Assembly: GCA_041746575.1 (NCBI GenBank)
Contig: JBGTGT010000036.1
Coordinates: 1 to 19,563 of the forward strand
Length of the DNA: 19,563 nt
Direction: 5' to 3'
Source: Microcystaceae cyanobacterium
Lineage (GTDB): Bacteria > Cyanobacteriota > Cyanobacteriia > Cyanobacteriales > Microcystaceae
A program made the translations under genes and the position numbers. The notes beneath the pieces were generated by a model that made no database searches, was not told the origin of the DNA, and saw nothing but the letters and a program-made list of their open reading frames with translations. Of the stretch, positions 7,268 through 17,814 are shown one piece after another; position 1 is the first letter of the stretch, and each line of letters begins with the position of its first letter.

Positions 7268-8470
7268 TTAACTCAAAATCCATTCAATATGTTGAGGTAG
7301 TAAGGTAGCTAAATCGTACTTTTTCTGGATAGTTTCCCTTGCCTTTTGACGAATATTGTGCATTGCGGCAGGACTATCTAGGGCTTCTTCTACCCTATCG
7401 GCAATTTTTTCAGGGGAAAAGAAATCCACTAATAACCCATTAACGCCATCTTCGATAACTTCTTGAACAGGAGATGTATTCGAGGCCACCAATAAACAAC
7501 CAACAGACATAGCTTCTAACATCGACCATGATAAAACAAAAGGACGAGTGAGATAAATATGCACAGAAGACGCTTGCAAAACTTTTAAATATTGACTATG
7601 GGGAAGCAGCCCCGTAAAATGTAAACGAGATAAATCTAACGGTAAAGTTTCTAACATTAGTTGCTTGTAAGTTTTGCTATTAGGTAGGGTCCTACCATAG
7701 GCAACTCTGTCTTCTCCAACCACAACAACATGACAATTTGGTCGTCTTTTTTGTAAGAGTGAAACGGCTTCCATGAATTGGGGAAATCCACGATAGGGTT
7801 CCATTCCTCTGCCGACGTAAGTAATAATTTCCTTGATTTCTGATAAATTCAAATTTAGCGAAGGCAACACCAATTTAGCGTTAGATTTCGGTTTGAAATA
7901 TTCTGTATCTATACCATCGTGGTGAACGCGTATTTTTCCATAATATTCAGAGGGAAATTGTTGCCGTTGCCATTGCGTCGGCGATAATCCTTGATCACAA
8001 CTGTATAAATCGAGTAAAATGGGGGCGTTTTTAAGGCGAATTCTGGCTTCATCGTCGGCATTTAAAGGCTCTTTGGGATCGAAATCGGCGTCAGTTCCAC
8101 GGGCGTGATAAAACCATTCAAAATAACACAATAACTTAGCTTTGGGAAAGATATCTTTAATAAATAAAGTCGGTCCCCATCCAGAATGACCATAGACAAT
8201 ATCAGGCATAAATCCTTGAGATTTTAAGGCATCTGCTAGACGATAAACTGCCTGTCCTTGTAACACTGCATTTTCTAATGTTCTAACATAATGATGGGTT
8301 TCAGGCCTTGCTTCTCGTGACGAAATATAGAGTATCTTAATGATGCCTTTGAGTTCACCATCTTGGCGTTTTGTGCCGAATACCACTTTATTGCTAGAAT
8401 TTTGTGCTAGGATAACTGCTAAATGACGAAATTGTGCCGGAAAGTTAGGATGAAGAAAAAGAATATTCAT
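7268..8470 (-). CDS. Family 4 (GT-B) glycosyltransferase
   Basis: LFLHPNFPAQF, GHSGWG, RGMEPYRGF, FVLSWSMLEAM, EVIEDGVNGLL. Confidence 0.92.
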   Translation of the reverse strand: MNILFLHPNFPAQFRHLAVILAQNSSNKVVFGTKRQDGELKGIIKILYISSREARPETHHYVRTLENAVLQGQAVYRLADALKSQGFMPDIVYGHSGWGPTLFIKDIFPKAKLLCYFEWFYHARGTDADFDPKEPLNADDEARIRLKNAPILLDLYSCDQGLSPTQWQRQQFPSEYYGKIRVHHDGIDTEYFKPKSNAKLVLPSLNLNLSEIKEIITYVGRGMEPYRGFPQFMEAVSLLQKRRPNCHVVVVGEDRVAYGRTLPNSKTYKQLMLETLPLDLSRLHFTGLLPHSQYLKVLQASSVHIYLTRPFVLSWSMLEAMSVGCLLVASNTSPVQEVIEDGVNGLLVDFFSPEKIADRVEEALDSPAAMHNIRQKARETIQKKYDLATLLPQHIEWILS

Positions 8471-8493
8471 CAGGGTATTGAAATAATTTATTA

Positions 8494-10380
8494 CTAATTA
8501 TTTATACTTGGAGTTGAATGAAAATACTCATAAATTTGCTGCGCTAATTGTTGACCAATTCCTGAGATTTCCATCAATTGCTCAATAGACGCTTCTCGAA
8601 TATAATCAACTGAGTGAAAATGCGCTAGTAATAATTTTTGCCGATGAAACCCTAAGCCTGGAATTTCTTCAAGTCTGGAACGACGATTTTGTTTTAAACG
8701 TTGTTGACGATGAAAAGTAATGGCAAAACGATGGGCTTCATCCCTAACTCTTCTTAATAATTGTACGCCTGATTGTTCCTTCTCCGTAACCAAAGGATGG
8801 GATTGATAAGGCAGAAAAATTTCTTCCCGTTGTTTGGCTAAACTGACAACACTAAGATGTTGCAGGAGGTTCATTTCTTCTAAAACCGTTACGACTGAGG
8901 ATAATTGACCTTTACCCCCATCAATCATAATTAAGTCGGGGAAATCTTCGCTATTATTGATTGCTGTTTCATTATCTGCATAAAGACGAAAACGACGACG
9001 AATCACTTCTGCTAAACTGGCAAAATCATCAGAATGACCAATTTTTACGTCAGGATTTTGGATTTTATAGTGCCGATAATGCTGTTTCGCTGGCACCCCT
9101 TCAATAAACACGACTTGAGAAGCCACTGCGTTTGAACCTTGGATGTGGGAGATGTCATAGCCTTCTATGCGACGAGGACTGTCTAAAAGATCAAGAATTT
9201 CGCTTAAATCATTCAATGCTTGTAAATTTTGCTCGCTGACTCGTTGTGTTCGTTCAAGTTCATATTGAGCGTTTCTTTGAACCATTGTAATTAATTCTGC
9301 TTTATTTTGGCGTTGAGGTACAGTTATCGTCACTTTTCGCCCTTTTTTCTCCCCTAGCCACGCTTCTAAGATTTCCTTTTCAGGTAAAGCATGCTGTACT
9401 AAAATTTCGTTGGGAATCTCAACACTTTCAACCATTTGATAGTGTTCTTCTAAGACTCGCTGTAAAATACTACCTAAGTCTCCGGATTTTGCTTCTACAA
9501 AAAATCCTAATCTTCCCACTAAACGGCCAGCGCGAATCTGAAATAATTGAATACAAATATATTTAGGATCATCAGCTAGAGCGATCGCATCTCTGGATAA
9601 GGTATCATCGGGTAAGGTGACTTTTTGGTCAGCGTTGAGGGTTTTAATAGCGTAAATCTGGTCACGAAGCCGTGCTGCTTGTTCAAACTGTAGATTTTCG
9701 GCGGCGTTATTCATTTGAGATTGCAAGGTTTCGAGCAGTTCACTCGTTCGACCTTGAAAAATCATCGCAATTTTTTTGACAATTTGATGATAGTCTTCAG
9801 AGGAAACTAATTGTTGACAAACACCAGGACAACGACCAATATCATAATTTAAACAGGGGCGATCTTTAAAGAGCGGTTTCGGCCGCTGTCTTAGCGGAAA
9901 AATGCGCTTAATTAATTTTAACGTAAAGCGAAGGGTACGAGTATCCACATAAGGTCCGTAATAGCGATCTTTTTCATTGCTTAATCTTCGTTTGCGGGTA
10001 ATAAAAATGCGAGGATAATTTTCTGACCATGTGATACAAACATAGGGATATTTTTTATCGTCTTTGAGGAGAACATTAAAGTGGGGTTGATGTTGTTTAA
10101 TTAAATTCGATTCTAATGCTAAGGCTTCCGCTTCAGTGTCGGTGACAATAAACTCAATGTCACAAACCTGTTGTACCATTAAAGCGATACGGGGACTGAG
10201 AAGTTGGGAAGCTCGAAAATAAGAGCGAATTCGAGACCTCAGCCTTTTTGATTTACCAATATAAAGAATTTCTCCCAACTTATCCCGCATTAAATAAACC
10301 CCTGCTTCAGTGGGTAGGGATTTCAGCTTTTCTGCTAATTTTTCAGGTATTTTGAGGAGTGGAGTTGCCTTTTCAGTCAT
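8494..10380 (-). CDS. uvrC: Excinuclease ABC subunit UvrC
   Basis: GIY-YIG domain (GVY...YIGKS), Cys-rich region, UVR motif [10 protein letters not shown], RNase H-like [21 protein letters not shown]-terminal HhH. Confidence 0.98.
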   Translation of the reverse strand: MTEKATPLLKIPEKLAEKLKSLPTEAGVYLMRDKLGEILYIGKSKRLRSRIRSYFRASQLLSPRIALMVQQVCDIEFIVTDTEAEALALESNLIKQHQPHFNVLLKDDKKYPYVCITWSENYPRIFITRKRRLSNEKDRYYGPYVDTRTLRFTLKLIKRIFPLRQRPKPLFKDRPCLNYDIGRCPGVCQQLVSSEDYHQIVKKIAMIFQGRTSELLETLQSQMNNAAENLQFEQAARLRDQIYAIKTLNADQKVTLPDDTLSRDAIALADDPKYICIQLFQIRAGRLVGRLGFFVEAKSGDLGSILQRVLEEHYQMVESVEIPNEILVQHALPEKEILEAWLGEKKGRKVTITVPQRQNKAELITMVQRNAQYELERTQRVSEQNLQALNDLSEILDLLDSPRRIEGYDISHIQGSNAVASQVVFIEGVPAKQHYRHYKIQNPDVKIGHSDDFASLAEVIRRRFRLYADNETAINNSEDFPDLIMIDGGKGQLSSVVTVLEEMNLLQHLSVVSLAKQREEIFLPYQSHPLVTEKEQSGVQLLRRVRDEAHRFAITFHRQQRLKQNRRSRLEEIPGLGFHRQKLLLAHFHSVDYIREASIEQLMEISGIGQQLAQQIYEYFHSTPSINN

Positions 10381-10486
10381 TTTTATAATATTTAACTATC
10401 AATCGGTAAGGGTTAATTAACAAAAAAGTAAAGTCAGCATTTTCGTCCCCCTTTATTACTCATTTTATCTAACAACTTATCATTAA

Positions 10487-11686
10487 TTACTGATTCGAGG
10501 ATAATTGAGAATAAGAATGAGATTTAGCGAATGAAGGATTAAGCTTAATCATTTCACCCCCTTTAAGCAAATAAAAGGTTTCCCCACGCCAAATAACCGT
10601 ATTGTTAAACAGTCCGTAAAACCACATAATAAACCCAAATATATCCCGCAGAAAAATCAACCAAAACCCTTGTTTAACCACTGGATCTTTAAAGTAATAG
10701 ATCCCCACTAACCACGCTAAAAATAAACGCAGCGTTAAAGTGAATCCTAAAACACTCCAACCGATAAGAGAACCTTGATTTACCATTAAAAAGATTAAAC
10801 TTAAACAAGTTCCGTAAGTAATAATTAAACCCAAATAACTGCTAAATCGTTCGACTCGAATGCACCTCAGCCAACGACTTTGGCGTTGAATTAATTCCCT
10901 TAAACTATGAGTATCTAAGGAATGTTCCACAATGTAATTTGAGAGTCTCACTCGATAACCCGCTTGATAGACAAGATTAACTAACTTGTAATCGTCCGCC
11001 AAACAATTCGCCACCGAATTAAGTCCTCCAATAGACTCTAAAATGCTTTTACGAATGACAATAGTTGAGCCAAATCCATACTGCAATTCTTCTACCAATC
11101 TAGCGACCAAAACACTGGGATGAAAATGGGTTGAAATACCGATTGCTTCAAAAAGAGATATTAAGTTTTTTATTTTAGATCGATATAAACAAGTAACTAC
11201 TCCAATTTTGTCATCTTTAAAAGGTTGAACAATTTCCTTTAAATAATTCTGATCAACCTTGATATCACTGTCTGCCAAAACTAAGATGTCATATTTAACC
11301 TTACTGATACCATTGGCCAAATTACTGATTTTTAAATTACTGCCAATTAAGCGATCGCTGATGACTAGCTCAATATCTACATTGGGGAAATTTTGCTGTA
11401 ACTTTTTAACGACCGCAATGCTAGGATCCGTGCTAGTATGAGCCGTAAAAATAATTTGATATGTCGGGTAATCCTGTTGACAACAGGTTGCTAAGGTTTC
11501 GTCCATATCCGCATCTAACCCACACAACGGCTTAAGCAAGGTAAGGGGAGGTAAAAAGGTTAAATCTACATTAGAATTAGAATGAAAAAAAGCGATCGCC
11601 GCATAAATTGCATAGCCATAATAGCCCATTGAAGCTAAACATAAGAGAAAAATAAATCCGTTCAAAAGATCAAACAATAACACCAT
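10487..11686 (-). CDS. hpnI: Hopanoid-associated glycosyltransferase, HpnI-like (ceramide glucosyltransferase-like GT-A)
   Basis: N-terminal TM, LKPLCG, CQQDYP, NLKISNL, DSD, LADDY, QSRW, C-terminal TMs, WRG. Confidence 0.85.
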   Translation of the reverse strand: MVLLFDLLNGFIFLLCLASMGYYGYAIYAAIAFFHSNSNVDLTFLPPLTLLKPLCGLDADMDETLATCCQQDYPTYQIIFTAHTSTDPSIAVVKKLQQNFPNVDIELVISDRLIGSNLKISNLANGISKVKYDILVLADSDIKVDQNYLKEIVQPFKDDKIGVVTCLYRSKIKNLISLFEAIGISTHFHPSVLVARLVEELQYGFGSTIVIRKSILESIGGLNSVANCLADDYKLVNLVYQAGYRVRLSNYIVEHSLDTHSLRELIQRQSRWLRCIRVERFSSYLGLIITYGTCLSLIFLMVNQGSLIGWSVLGFTLTLRLFLAWLVGIYYFKDPVVKQGFWLIFLRDIFGFIMWFYGLFNNTVIWRGETFYLLKGGEMIKLNPSFAKSHSYSQLSSNQ

Positions 11687-11877
11687 TAATCCCTCGAATG
11701 CGTTTCACGATGAGCTAATTTATCAATTAAATCTTAAAGCATAAAATAAAGGATTAACGGCAACGGCTCACCGCACCCTTTTTCCTGTGTTATGCTAAAG
11801 AACACCCAATCGTCTCTTGATTGCTTTAGTCTGAATGTACTCGTTAATGGCGTTTAATAGTTAAGTGAACCGTCTTT

Positions 11878-13527
11878 ATGGGTAAACCCTTATCGACAAA
11901 TCGTGATTCTCAACTGCAACTGTCCTGTCTTCCCTATGGTGTCGGTCACCACCCAGAAGGGATTTGCTTGTTGATGAACATTGGAAAATACCATCTCTTA
12001 TTGGATTGTGGTATCGATAATATCGCAGAAATTGCCCCCCAACTGCCCCCGATTGACGCGGTTTTGTGTAGTCATGCTCATTTCGATCATGCTAGGGGAT
12101 TGCCCGACTTTCAGCATATTTTTCCAGATGTTCCCATTTACGCCAGCGAAGTCACGGTTCGACTCTTACCGCTGAACTGGACAGACTCAGACAAGGCAAA
12201 ATCGTTAAACTGCCAAGGTATTCCATGGCGATCGCCCTTTTCCTTATCTCAAGACCTAACCATTGAATTATACCCCTCTGGACACTTACCGGGGGCGGCA
12301 GTCACTGCCATTACCTATCAAACGCCTCAGCGAGTCTATAAACTGCTTTATACGGGGGATTTTTCCCTTTCTAATCTGCAATTGGTAGAGGGGTTATCGG
12401 TCGAATCTTTAAGAGGATTATCCCCTGATGTGTTAGTGATTGAAGGCAGTTATGGGACAATTCGTCATCCCCATCGCCGTCAACAGGAAAAGCAGTTAAT
12501 GCAACGCATTGATGAAGGGTTAATCCGAGGCAAAAATATTTTATTACCCGTTCCGACCTTAGGATTAGGACAGGAAATCCTAAAACTCTTACGTTCTCAC
12601 CATCAATTTACAGGCAGAGATTTAGATATTTGGGTGAGTGGAACCTTAGCAGAAGTGTGTGATCTTTATTTAGAGTTATTACCTGAATTTCCACTAGCTG
12701 TTCAGAACTTTGCCAAACATCAACCCTTATTTTGGGATGACCGAATATGTCCTCGACTACGGCGTTTAACCGCTAAACAACGTAATAGTCTAGGGGATAA
12801 ACCCTGTATCGTTTTGACCGATGATATTGGCCGGATCAAAACCTATTTGGGGGATAAAACCCTACCTTGGTTAGTCTTAATGGCTGAACAAGTTGCAGAA
12901 TATTTTAATCTTAATCAACCGCCTCTTTCTTTACTGAAAAAACACCTGTCAAGGATGGAAGTCGAAACTTATTTATTAGCAGAACATAGTGATGGCAGAA
13001 ATACCACTCAGTTGATTCATAATTTACGACCTCAGCATATTATTTTTGTGCATGGCTCAGCTAACTATTTAATGGATTTAACCAATCTAGAAGAATTGCA
13101 TAATCGTTATCAAATTCATGCACCCGAAGTGGGAAGATTAGTCGAGTTGCCCATTGGCGATCGCTTTGTTCAACCCGAAGAAAATCACACTCCAACGGTT
13201 TACGAAGGAGAATTAAATGAACAGCCCCATTCGATTATTATTACTTTAAATAACGAAATTACCAAAGATTCTCGGTGGAGTCAATTTGCCGATACAGGAT
13301 TAATCGAAGCGCGTTGGCAAGGAGAAAGTTTAGTCATTAAAGGCATTTCACAAAAAGAATTAGCTAATCAAACTACTTCTGTTAAAGGACTCACTAGCTC
13401 AGATTGTTGTCAAATCTGTCGCTACTATCGGGGATCTCGTTGTCAGAATTCCGCTAGTCCTCTTTATGGATATCGAGTGACACCGGAGGGGTATTGTCCC
13501 GTTTTTGAAGCGATAGATAATGAATAA
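11878..13527 (+). CDS. Metallo-beta-lactamase fold beta-CASP nuclease (CPSF73/Ysh1-like) with a C-terminal Cys-rich extension
   Basis: LLDCG, SHAHFDH, GHLPG, YTGD, EGSYG, LGLGQE, EHSD and FVHG motifs. Confidence 0.88.
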   Translation: MGKPLSTNRDSQLQLSCLPYGVGHHPEGICLLMNIGKYHLLLDCGIDNIAEIAPQLPPIDAVLCSHAHFDHARGLPDFQHIFPDVPIYASEVTVRLLPLNWTDSDKAKSLNCQGIPWRSPFSLSQDLTIELYPSGHLPGAAVTAITYQTPQRVYKLLYTGDFSLSNLQLVEGLSVESLRGLSPDVLVIEGSYGTIRHPHRRQQEKQLMQRIDEGLIRGKNILLPVPTLGLGQEILKLLRSHHQFTGRDLDIWVSGTLAEVCDLYLELLPEFPLAVQNFAKHQPLFWDDRICPRLRRLTAKQRNSLGDKPCIVLTDDIGRIKTYLGDKTLPWLVLMAEQVAEYFNLNQPPLSLLKKHLSRMEVETYLLAEHSDGRNTTQLIHNLRPQHIIFVHGSANYLMDLTNLEELHNRYQIHAPEVGRLVELPIGDRFVQPEENHTPTVYEGELNEQPHSIIITLNNEITKDSRWSQFADTGLIEARWQGESLVIKGISQKELANQTTSVKGLTSSDCCQICRYYRGSRCQNSASPLYGYRVTPEGYCPVFEAIDNE

Positions 13528-13560
13528 AAAACATTAATAAATTTTGGTTTTTGAGCAAGA

Positions 13561-14472
13561 ATGATTGCAGAAGTATTTAAGCAGTATCAAGGGGAATCAG
13601 CGGCCTTAGGGGCGGCCTTTTTGTGGGCTAGTGCTTCCGTTGTTTATACTGTTTTAGGGCAACAGCTTTCTCCTCTTTTACTCAATAGTTTGAAAGGGTT
13701 AGTTGCCATTGCTTTGACCGTTTTAACCCTACTTCTGACTCAGACAGATTTGGGAAAAATTACTCCATTTTCGATGATAATATTATCTCTGAGTGGTGTA
13801 ATTGGTATTGGCATTGGGGATACGGCTTATTTTAGTGCTTTACGCTACTTGGGGGCTAGAAAAACCCTTCTTTTGGAAACCTTAGCTCCTCCGATGGCGG
13901 CTATTTTTGCCTTTATTTTCTTAGGGGAGACGTTAGAAACTAAAGCGTGGATGGGGATTATTTTAACGTTAATAGGAGTCGCTTGGGTTATTACCGAAAG
14001 AACCCCCGATAGGATGTTAAATTCTCCTCAATTTAAACAGGGAATTGTGTGGGGAATCATGGCGGCGATCGCTCAGTCAGTAGGGGCAGTTTTAGCCCGT
14101 TCAGCGTTAACTTTATCAAACATAACCCCTTTAGAAAGCAGTTTAATTCGACTCGTTTCAGGAACATTAACAGCATTGCTTCTTTGGCAAATAATGACGA
14201 ACTATCGTCCTAAAAATATCTCCTCTATCGAATGGTCAATGCCCTTAGTAGGCGTTATTATTTTAACTGCTTTTGCTAGCACTTATTTAGGAATATGGTT
14301 ACAACAAACAGCCCTTAAATTTGCTCCCACTGGGATTGCTCAAACCCTAATGGCTACCAGTCCCCTTTTTGTGCTTCCCGTTTCTTTTTTCCTTGGTGAA
14401 AAAATCAGTTGGCGAACCCTCATCGGCGTCTTTATTGCTTTAGGCGGAATCGGATTATTATTTTTAATGTAA
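13561..14472 (+). CDS. DMT/EamA family transporter
   Basis: About 10 hydrophobic segments in two EamA-like repeats (FLGETL, FLGEKIS). Confidence 0.92.
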   Translation: MIAEVFKQYQGESAALGAAFLWASASVVYTVLGQQLSPLLLNSLKGLVAIALTVLTLLLTQTDLGKITPFSMIILSLSGVIGIGIGDTAYFSALRYLGARKTLLLETLAPPMAAIFAFIFLGETLETKAWMGIILTLIGVAWVITERTPDRMLNSPQFKQGIVWGIMAAIAQSVGAVLARSALTLSNITPLESSLIRLVSGTLTALLLWQIMTNYRPKNISSIEWSMPLVGVIILTAFASTYLGIWLQQTALKFAPTGIAQTLMATSPLFVLPVSFFLGEKISWRTLIGVFIALGGIGLLFLM

Positions 14473-14507
14473 AGAGTCGACCTCAGTCCGATCATAATGA
14501 GTTCAGC

Positions 14508-14546
14508 AAAAAAATCTAAAAAAGGCACAAGAAAACCTGCGCCCTT
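14508..14546 (-). terminator. Intrinsic terminator of dnaN
   Basis: Minus strand AAGGGCGCAGG-TTTT-CTTGTGCCTTT forms an 11-bp stem. Its three G:U pairs form only on this strand. Followed by TTAGATTTTTTT, 13 bp after the dnaN stop. Confidence 0.8.
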
Positions 14547-14559
14547 AAATGTTGACTAA

Positions 14560-15738
14560 TTAACGAACAACTTGGACAGGCATCACTAAATAAGTCATTT
14601 TTAGTCCCCCTAAAGGATTAAAAATAACAGGTTGATTGGGTTCATTTAAGTGCATCTGGAGATCGGTACTGGGAATCGCTTTTAACCCATCCATTAGGTA
14701 CTTAATATTAAAAGCAATATCTCCACTTTCTCCTGTAATTTCGGCGGGTAAAGATTGTTGGGCATTGCCTAAATCTTGGGCTTCCACTGATAGGGTTAAT
14801 TCTCCCGACGCTTCATCAAGGGTAAATTTAACTAAATTATTTTTTTGATCTGCCAAAACAGACACTAATTCTAAACTGTTAATTAGGCGTTTTCTTTCTA
14901 CAATAACGGTACGAGAAAAACTGGCAGGAATCAATTGTTGATAATTGGGATAAGCCCCCTCTAATTTGCGACTGGTGAGACGCTGATTTCCCAACTCAAA
15001 AATCACTTGACTGTCATCGACTCGCAGGGCAACACTATCAGTTTCTTTAAGTGTTCCTAACATTTTATCTAACTCTCGTAATGCTCTAGCGGGAATGGTT
15101 GCAGAAAAACCCTCTAAATCACTTATTTCTGGAGTTTCTTCTGATCCGTGATCACTTTCACTTTGTAAAAGAGCCTCTACCACAGCTAAACGATGTCCAT
15201 CGGTAGCGGCAAATTCTAAGCTATCCGGTTTACCCTTAAAATGTACCCCCGTTAAGACTTGTTTGGTTTCATCGTTACTGGCGGCAAATAACGCTCCTTT
15301 TAACCCCTCTGACAGGGTGGCAACAGGAACACTTAAGGCTTCTTCAACCTCAATGGTGGGCAGTTCAGGAAACTCGTCGGCACTTAACCCTCGAATTTGA
15401 AAGCGTCCTGCCGCCGCTGTTAGGGTTGCCAATAGCGTTTCGTTATCATCTTCATTTTCAGTGACGACAAGGCTAATTTCACCTTCTGGCAGACGAGAAA
15501 CAATCTCGTTGAGCAGTTTGGCAGGTAGCGTAATTTTGCCTTCTTCACTGACTTGTGCCGGAAAGCTAGTATGAATCCCTAAACTCAAATCAAAGGCGGT
15601 GAGGCTGACTTGACCTTTCTTCTGATCAGCAACGAAGAGAACATTACCTAAAACAGGGTGCGTTGGACGGGAGGGAACTGCGCGACTCACTAGAGAGAGA
15701 TTACTATTAAGATCACTTTGACTACAGACAATTTTCAT
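14560..15738 (-). CDS. dnaN: DNA polymerase III beta clamp
   Basis: VPSRPTHPVL, EFPELP, LTGV, ATDGHRLA, YPNYQQLIP, AFNIKYL, LVMPV. Confidence 0.98.
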   Translation of the reverse strand: MKIVCSQSDLNSNLSLVSRAVPSRPTHPVLGNVLFVADQKKGQVSLTAFDLSLGIHTSFPAQVSEEGKITLPAKLLNEIVSRLPEGEISLVVTENEDDNETLLATLTAAAGRFQIRGLSADEFPELPTIEVEEALSVPVATLSEGLKGALFAASNDETKQVLTGVHFKGKPDSLEFAATDGHRLAVVEALLQSESDHGSEETPEISDLEGFSATIPARALRELDKMLGTLKETDSVALRVDDSQVIFELGNQRLTSRKLEGAYPNYQQLIPASFSRTVIVERKRLINSLELVSVLADQKNNLVKFTLDEASGELTLSVEAQDLGNAQQSLPAEITGESGDIAFNIKYLMDGLKAIPSTDLQMHLNEPNQPVIFNPLGGLKMTYLVMPVQVVR

Positions 15739-15827
15739 GGAGAATGCCGATATTTTCGCAAATAGGTGCGGATCAATTGTATTGTTAAACGAGACGCTTG
15801 AGCCGTTTTCTTATACTTTTTTCAGAT

Positions 15828-15847
15828 TGTGGAAAACCTGTGGAAAA
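15828..15847 (-). promoter_or_regulatory. Two tandem cyanobacterial DnaA boxes (TTTTCCACA)
   Basis: TGTGGAAAA at 15828-15836 and 15839-15847, 11-bp period, about 90 bp upstream of dnaN. Confidence 0.75.
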
Positions 15848-16015
15848 ACTTGCCTCAAGCAGACACGAAGCAAGAGAAGAAGTCCCAACTTGTGTCGCTT
15901 TGTTAACGTAAAAAATAGCAAGACTCAGTCGGTTGTAAAAGTTCTATTGTAGAATTGCCCTGTCTTCATGGATTATCCCACTTCCCTTTTTTTGAAAATG
16001 TCTTTTACAAAACCG

Positions 16016-16171
16016 ATGCCTAACCATCGTTCTCAATCCGATTTACCCACGAAAATTTGCCCCGTTTGTGGCTTATCTTTTACATGGCGCAAAAAATGGG
16101 AAAAATGCTGGGATGAAGTGAAATTCTGTTCAGAACGTTGCCGCAGACGACGCCATTCTGTTGATCAATGA
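16016..16171 (+). CDS. DUF2256 family small Cys-motif protein
   Basis: [19 protein letters not shown]...[16 protein letters not shown] 16016 gives the usual ~50 aa size; the ORF track starts at 15968. Confidence 0.88.
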   Translation: MPNHRSQSDLPTKICPVCGLSFTWRKKWEKCWDEVKFCSERCRRRRHSVDQ

Positions 16172-16248
16172 CCAAGGACTAAGATGTAAAGCTAGGATAG
16201 CATTGCTTTCCCCATTTAATCGTCACTTCTTACTTCCGACTTCTAACA

Positions 16249-17082
16249 ATGTCCCCTAATTCTCCAATTCGCTTATTAATTAGTAATGATGATGGTATTT
16301 CTGCCCTTGGGGTGCGTACTCTCGCCAATACCCTTGCTAAAGCTGGTTATCTCGTTACAGTAGTGTGTCCCGACCGAGAACGCTCAGCAACCGGTCATGG
16401 ATTAACGTTACATCATCCCCTGCGCGCTGAACTCGTCGAAGGGATTTTCTTGCCTGATGTTACCGCGTGGTCTTGCTCTGGAACACCGGCCGATTGCGTT
16501 AAATTTGCCCTTCACGCCGTTCTTCCTCAACCCCCTGACTATATCCTCGCTGGTATTAATCATGGATCTAATTTAGGCACAGATGTCCTCTATTCGGGAA
16601 CGGTATCTGCGGCTATGGAAGGGATGATTGAAGGGATTCCCAGTATTGCCCTCAGTTTAGCGAGTTTTAGCCCCAAAGATTTTCAACCTGCGGCTAATTT
16701 TGCTTTATCCTTGCTCAATCAATTGAAGTATTCTCCTTTACCCCATTCCACTTTACTCAACGTCAATATTCCCCCCGTCGCAGAATCAGACATTACAGGC
16801 GTTCTTTTGACACGTCAAGGATTGCGCCGTTATGTAGAACGCTTTGAGAAACGCCTTGATCCGAGAGGAAAAAGTTATTATTGGTTAGTCGGAGAAGTGG
16901 TTCAAGAGTTAGAGCAACCAGAACACAGTCAGCTATCAGCCAGCATTCCAACGGATGTACAGGCAATTAAGCAAAATTACATTACTTTAACGCCCCTTCA
17001 TTATAATTTGACTGATATTGCTAGTTTTGAATGTCTTTTCCAAAAGGAATGGCGCGATCGCTTTGACCAACTCTATCCCTAA
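16249..17082 (+). CDS. surE: 5'/3'-nucleotidase SurE
   Basis: [42 protein letters not shown]. Confidence 0.97.
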   Translation: MSPNSPIRLLISNDDGISALGVRTLANTLAKAGYLVTVVCPDRERSATGHGLTLHHPLRAELVEGIFLPDVTAWSCSGTPADCVKFALHAVLPQPPDYILAGINHGSNLGTDVLYSGTVSAAMEGMIEGIPSIALSLASFSPKDFQPAANFALSLLNQLKYSPLPHSTLLNVNIPPVAESDITGVLLTRQGLRRYVERFEKRLDPRGKSYYWLVGEVVQELEQPEHSQLSASIPTDVQAIKQNYITLTPLHYNLTDIASFECLFQKEWRDRFDQLYP

Positions 17083-17180
17083 GTAATCCTATCCACCAAT
17101 GGATCAACAAACATGATATTCTAATCAAGCAAACCCTATACTGAATGCTTTAAGGGTTCACTCCTGATTGATTGTCAATT

Positions 17181-17753
17181 ATGTCTTCTTTCGAGTTCAA
17201 TGCAGACAACGATTTCGATGAGGTGGAAAGTGTCGTTCTCTCCGATGAAGAAGGACGCAATCTAGAATGCTACATCGAAAATGCCCTAGAAGCAGAGGAT
17301 GGGACGTATCTTCTGCTGATGCCGATGGATACCTCTGTGGTGATTATGGCGTGGGAAGAAGATAGTGAGGATGAAACTCCTAACTTTATTGAAGATTTTG
17401 ACGAAATGAAACTAATTTTTCCTGATGCAAGGGCAGTATTGGCAGAATTAGATTTAAGCCTACAGTTTACGGCGTTTACCTTAACCGTTCAAGGCGAACT
17501 ACCCCCGATTGAGGACGATGGCATCTTAACGCTTGAATTAGATGACGAAGGGGAAGACACAGATCCCGAAGAATTGCAATTTTTAGCCAGTTTTTATCAC
17601 CAGAAAAAACGATACTCGATTTATACGCCCCTTGCTCCCCTTCTTTTCTTGGCAAAAGCGAATTTATTTGGAGAGTTAGAAATTATTTCTCCTGAGAACG
17701 AAGATATTCAACCCATTCTAGAAGAATTATTATTCGAGGAAGAGAGTGAGTAA
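17181..17753 (+). CDS. Conserved acidic cyanobacterial protein (DUF3727-like)
   Basis: LSDEEGRNLECYIE, ARAVLAE, AFTLTVQGELP, LASFY, IYTPLAP. ATG 17181 is preferred over TTG 17172. Confidence 0.8.
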   Translation: MSSFEFNADNDFDEVESVVLSDEEGRNLECYIENALEAEDGTYLLLMPMDTSVVIMAWEEDSEDETPNFIEDFDEMKLIFPDARAVLAELDLSLQFTAFTLTVQGELPPIEDDGILTLELDDEGEDTDPEELQFLASFYHQKKRYSIYTPLAPLLFLAKANLFGELEIISPENEDIQPILEELLFEEESE

Positions 17754-17814
17754 AGGGAAACTTTCTCAGGCAAAATCTCCGAATTTTAGCTACCCTCTCC
17801 CAAAAACAAAAGAT

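Larger units (their letters stand above)
6468..17061. repeat. Dispersed HIP1 octamers GCGATCGC (8 copies within this span)
   Basis: Starts at 6468, 9581, 11351, 11592, 12228, 13157, 14065 and 17054, counted by eye. Confidence 0.9.

Noticed and set aside
6503..11686. hpnI-uvrC-GT4-queE as one functional system
   Set aside because: Co-oriented but functionally unrelated; such mixed gene order is common in cyanobacteria.
11259..14848. ORFs 11259..11441, 11981..12175, 14340..14528 and 14636..14848
   Set aside because: Antisense or alternate-frame overlaps of well-supported genes.
15737..15952. 71-aa ORF opposite the dnaN start
   Set aside because: It overlaps the dnaN start codon, promoter region and DnaA boxes, and has no recognisable motif.
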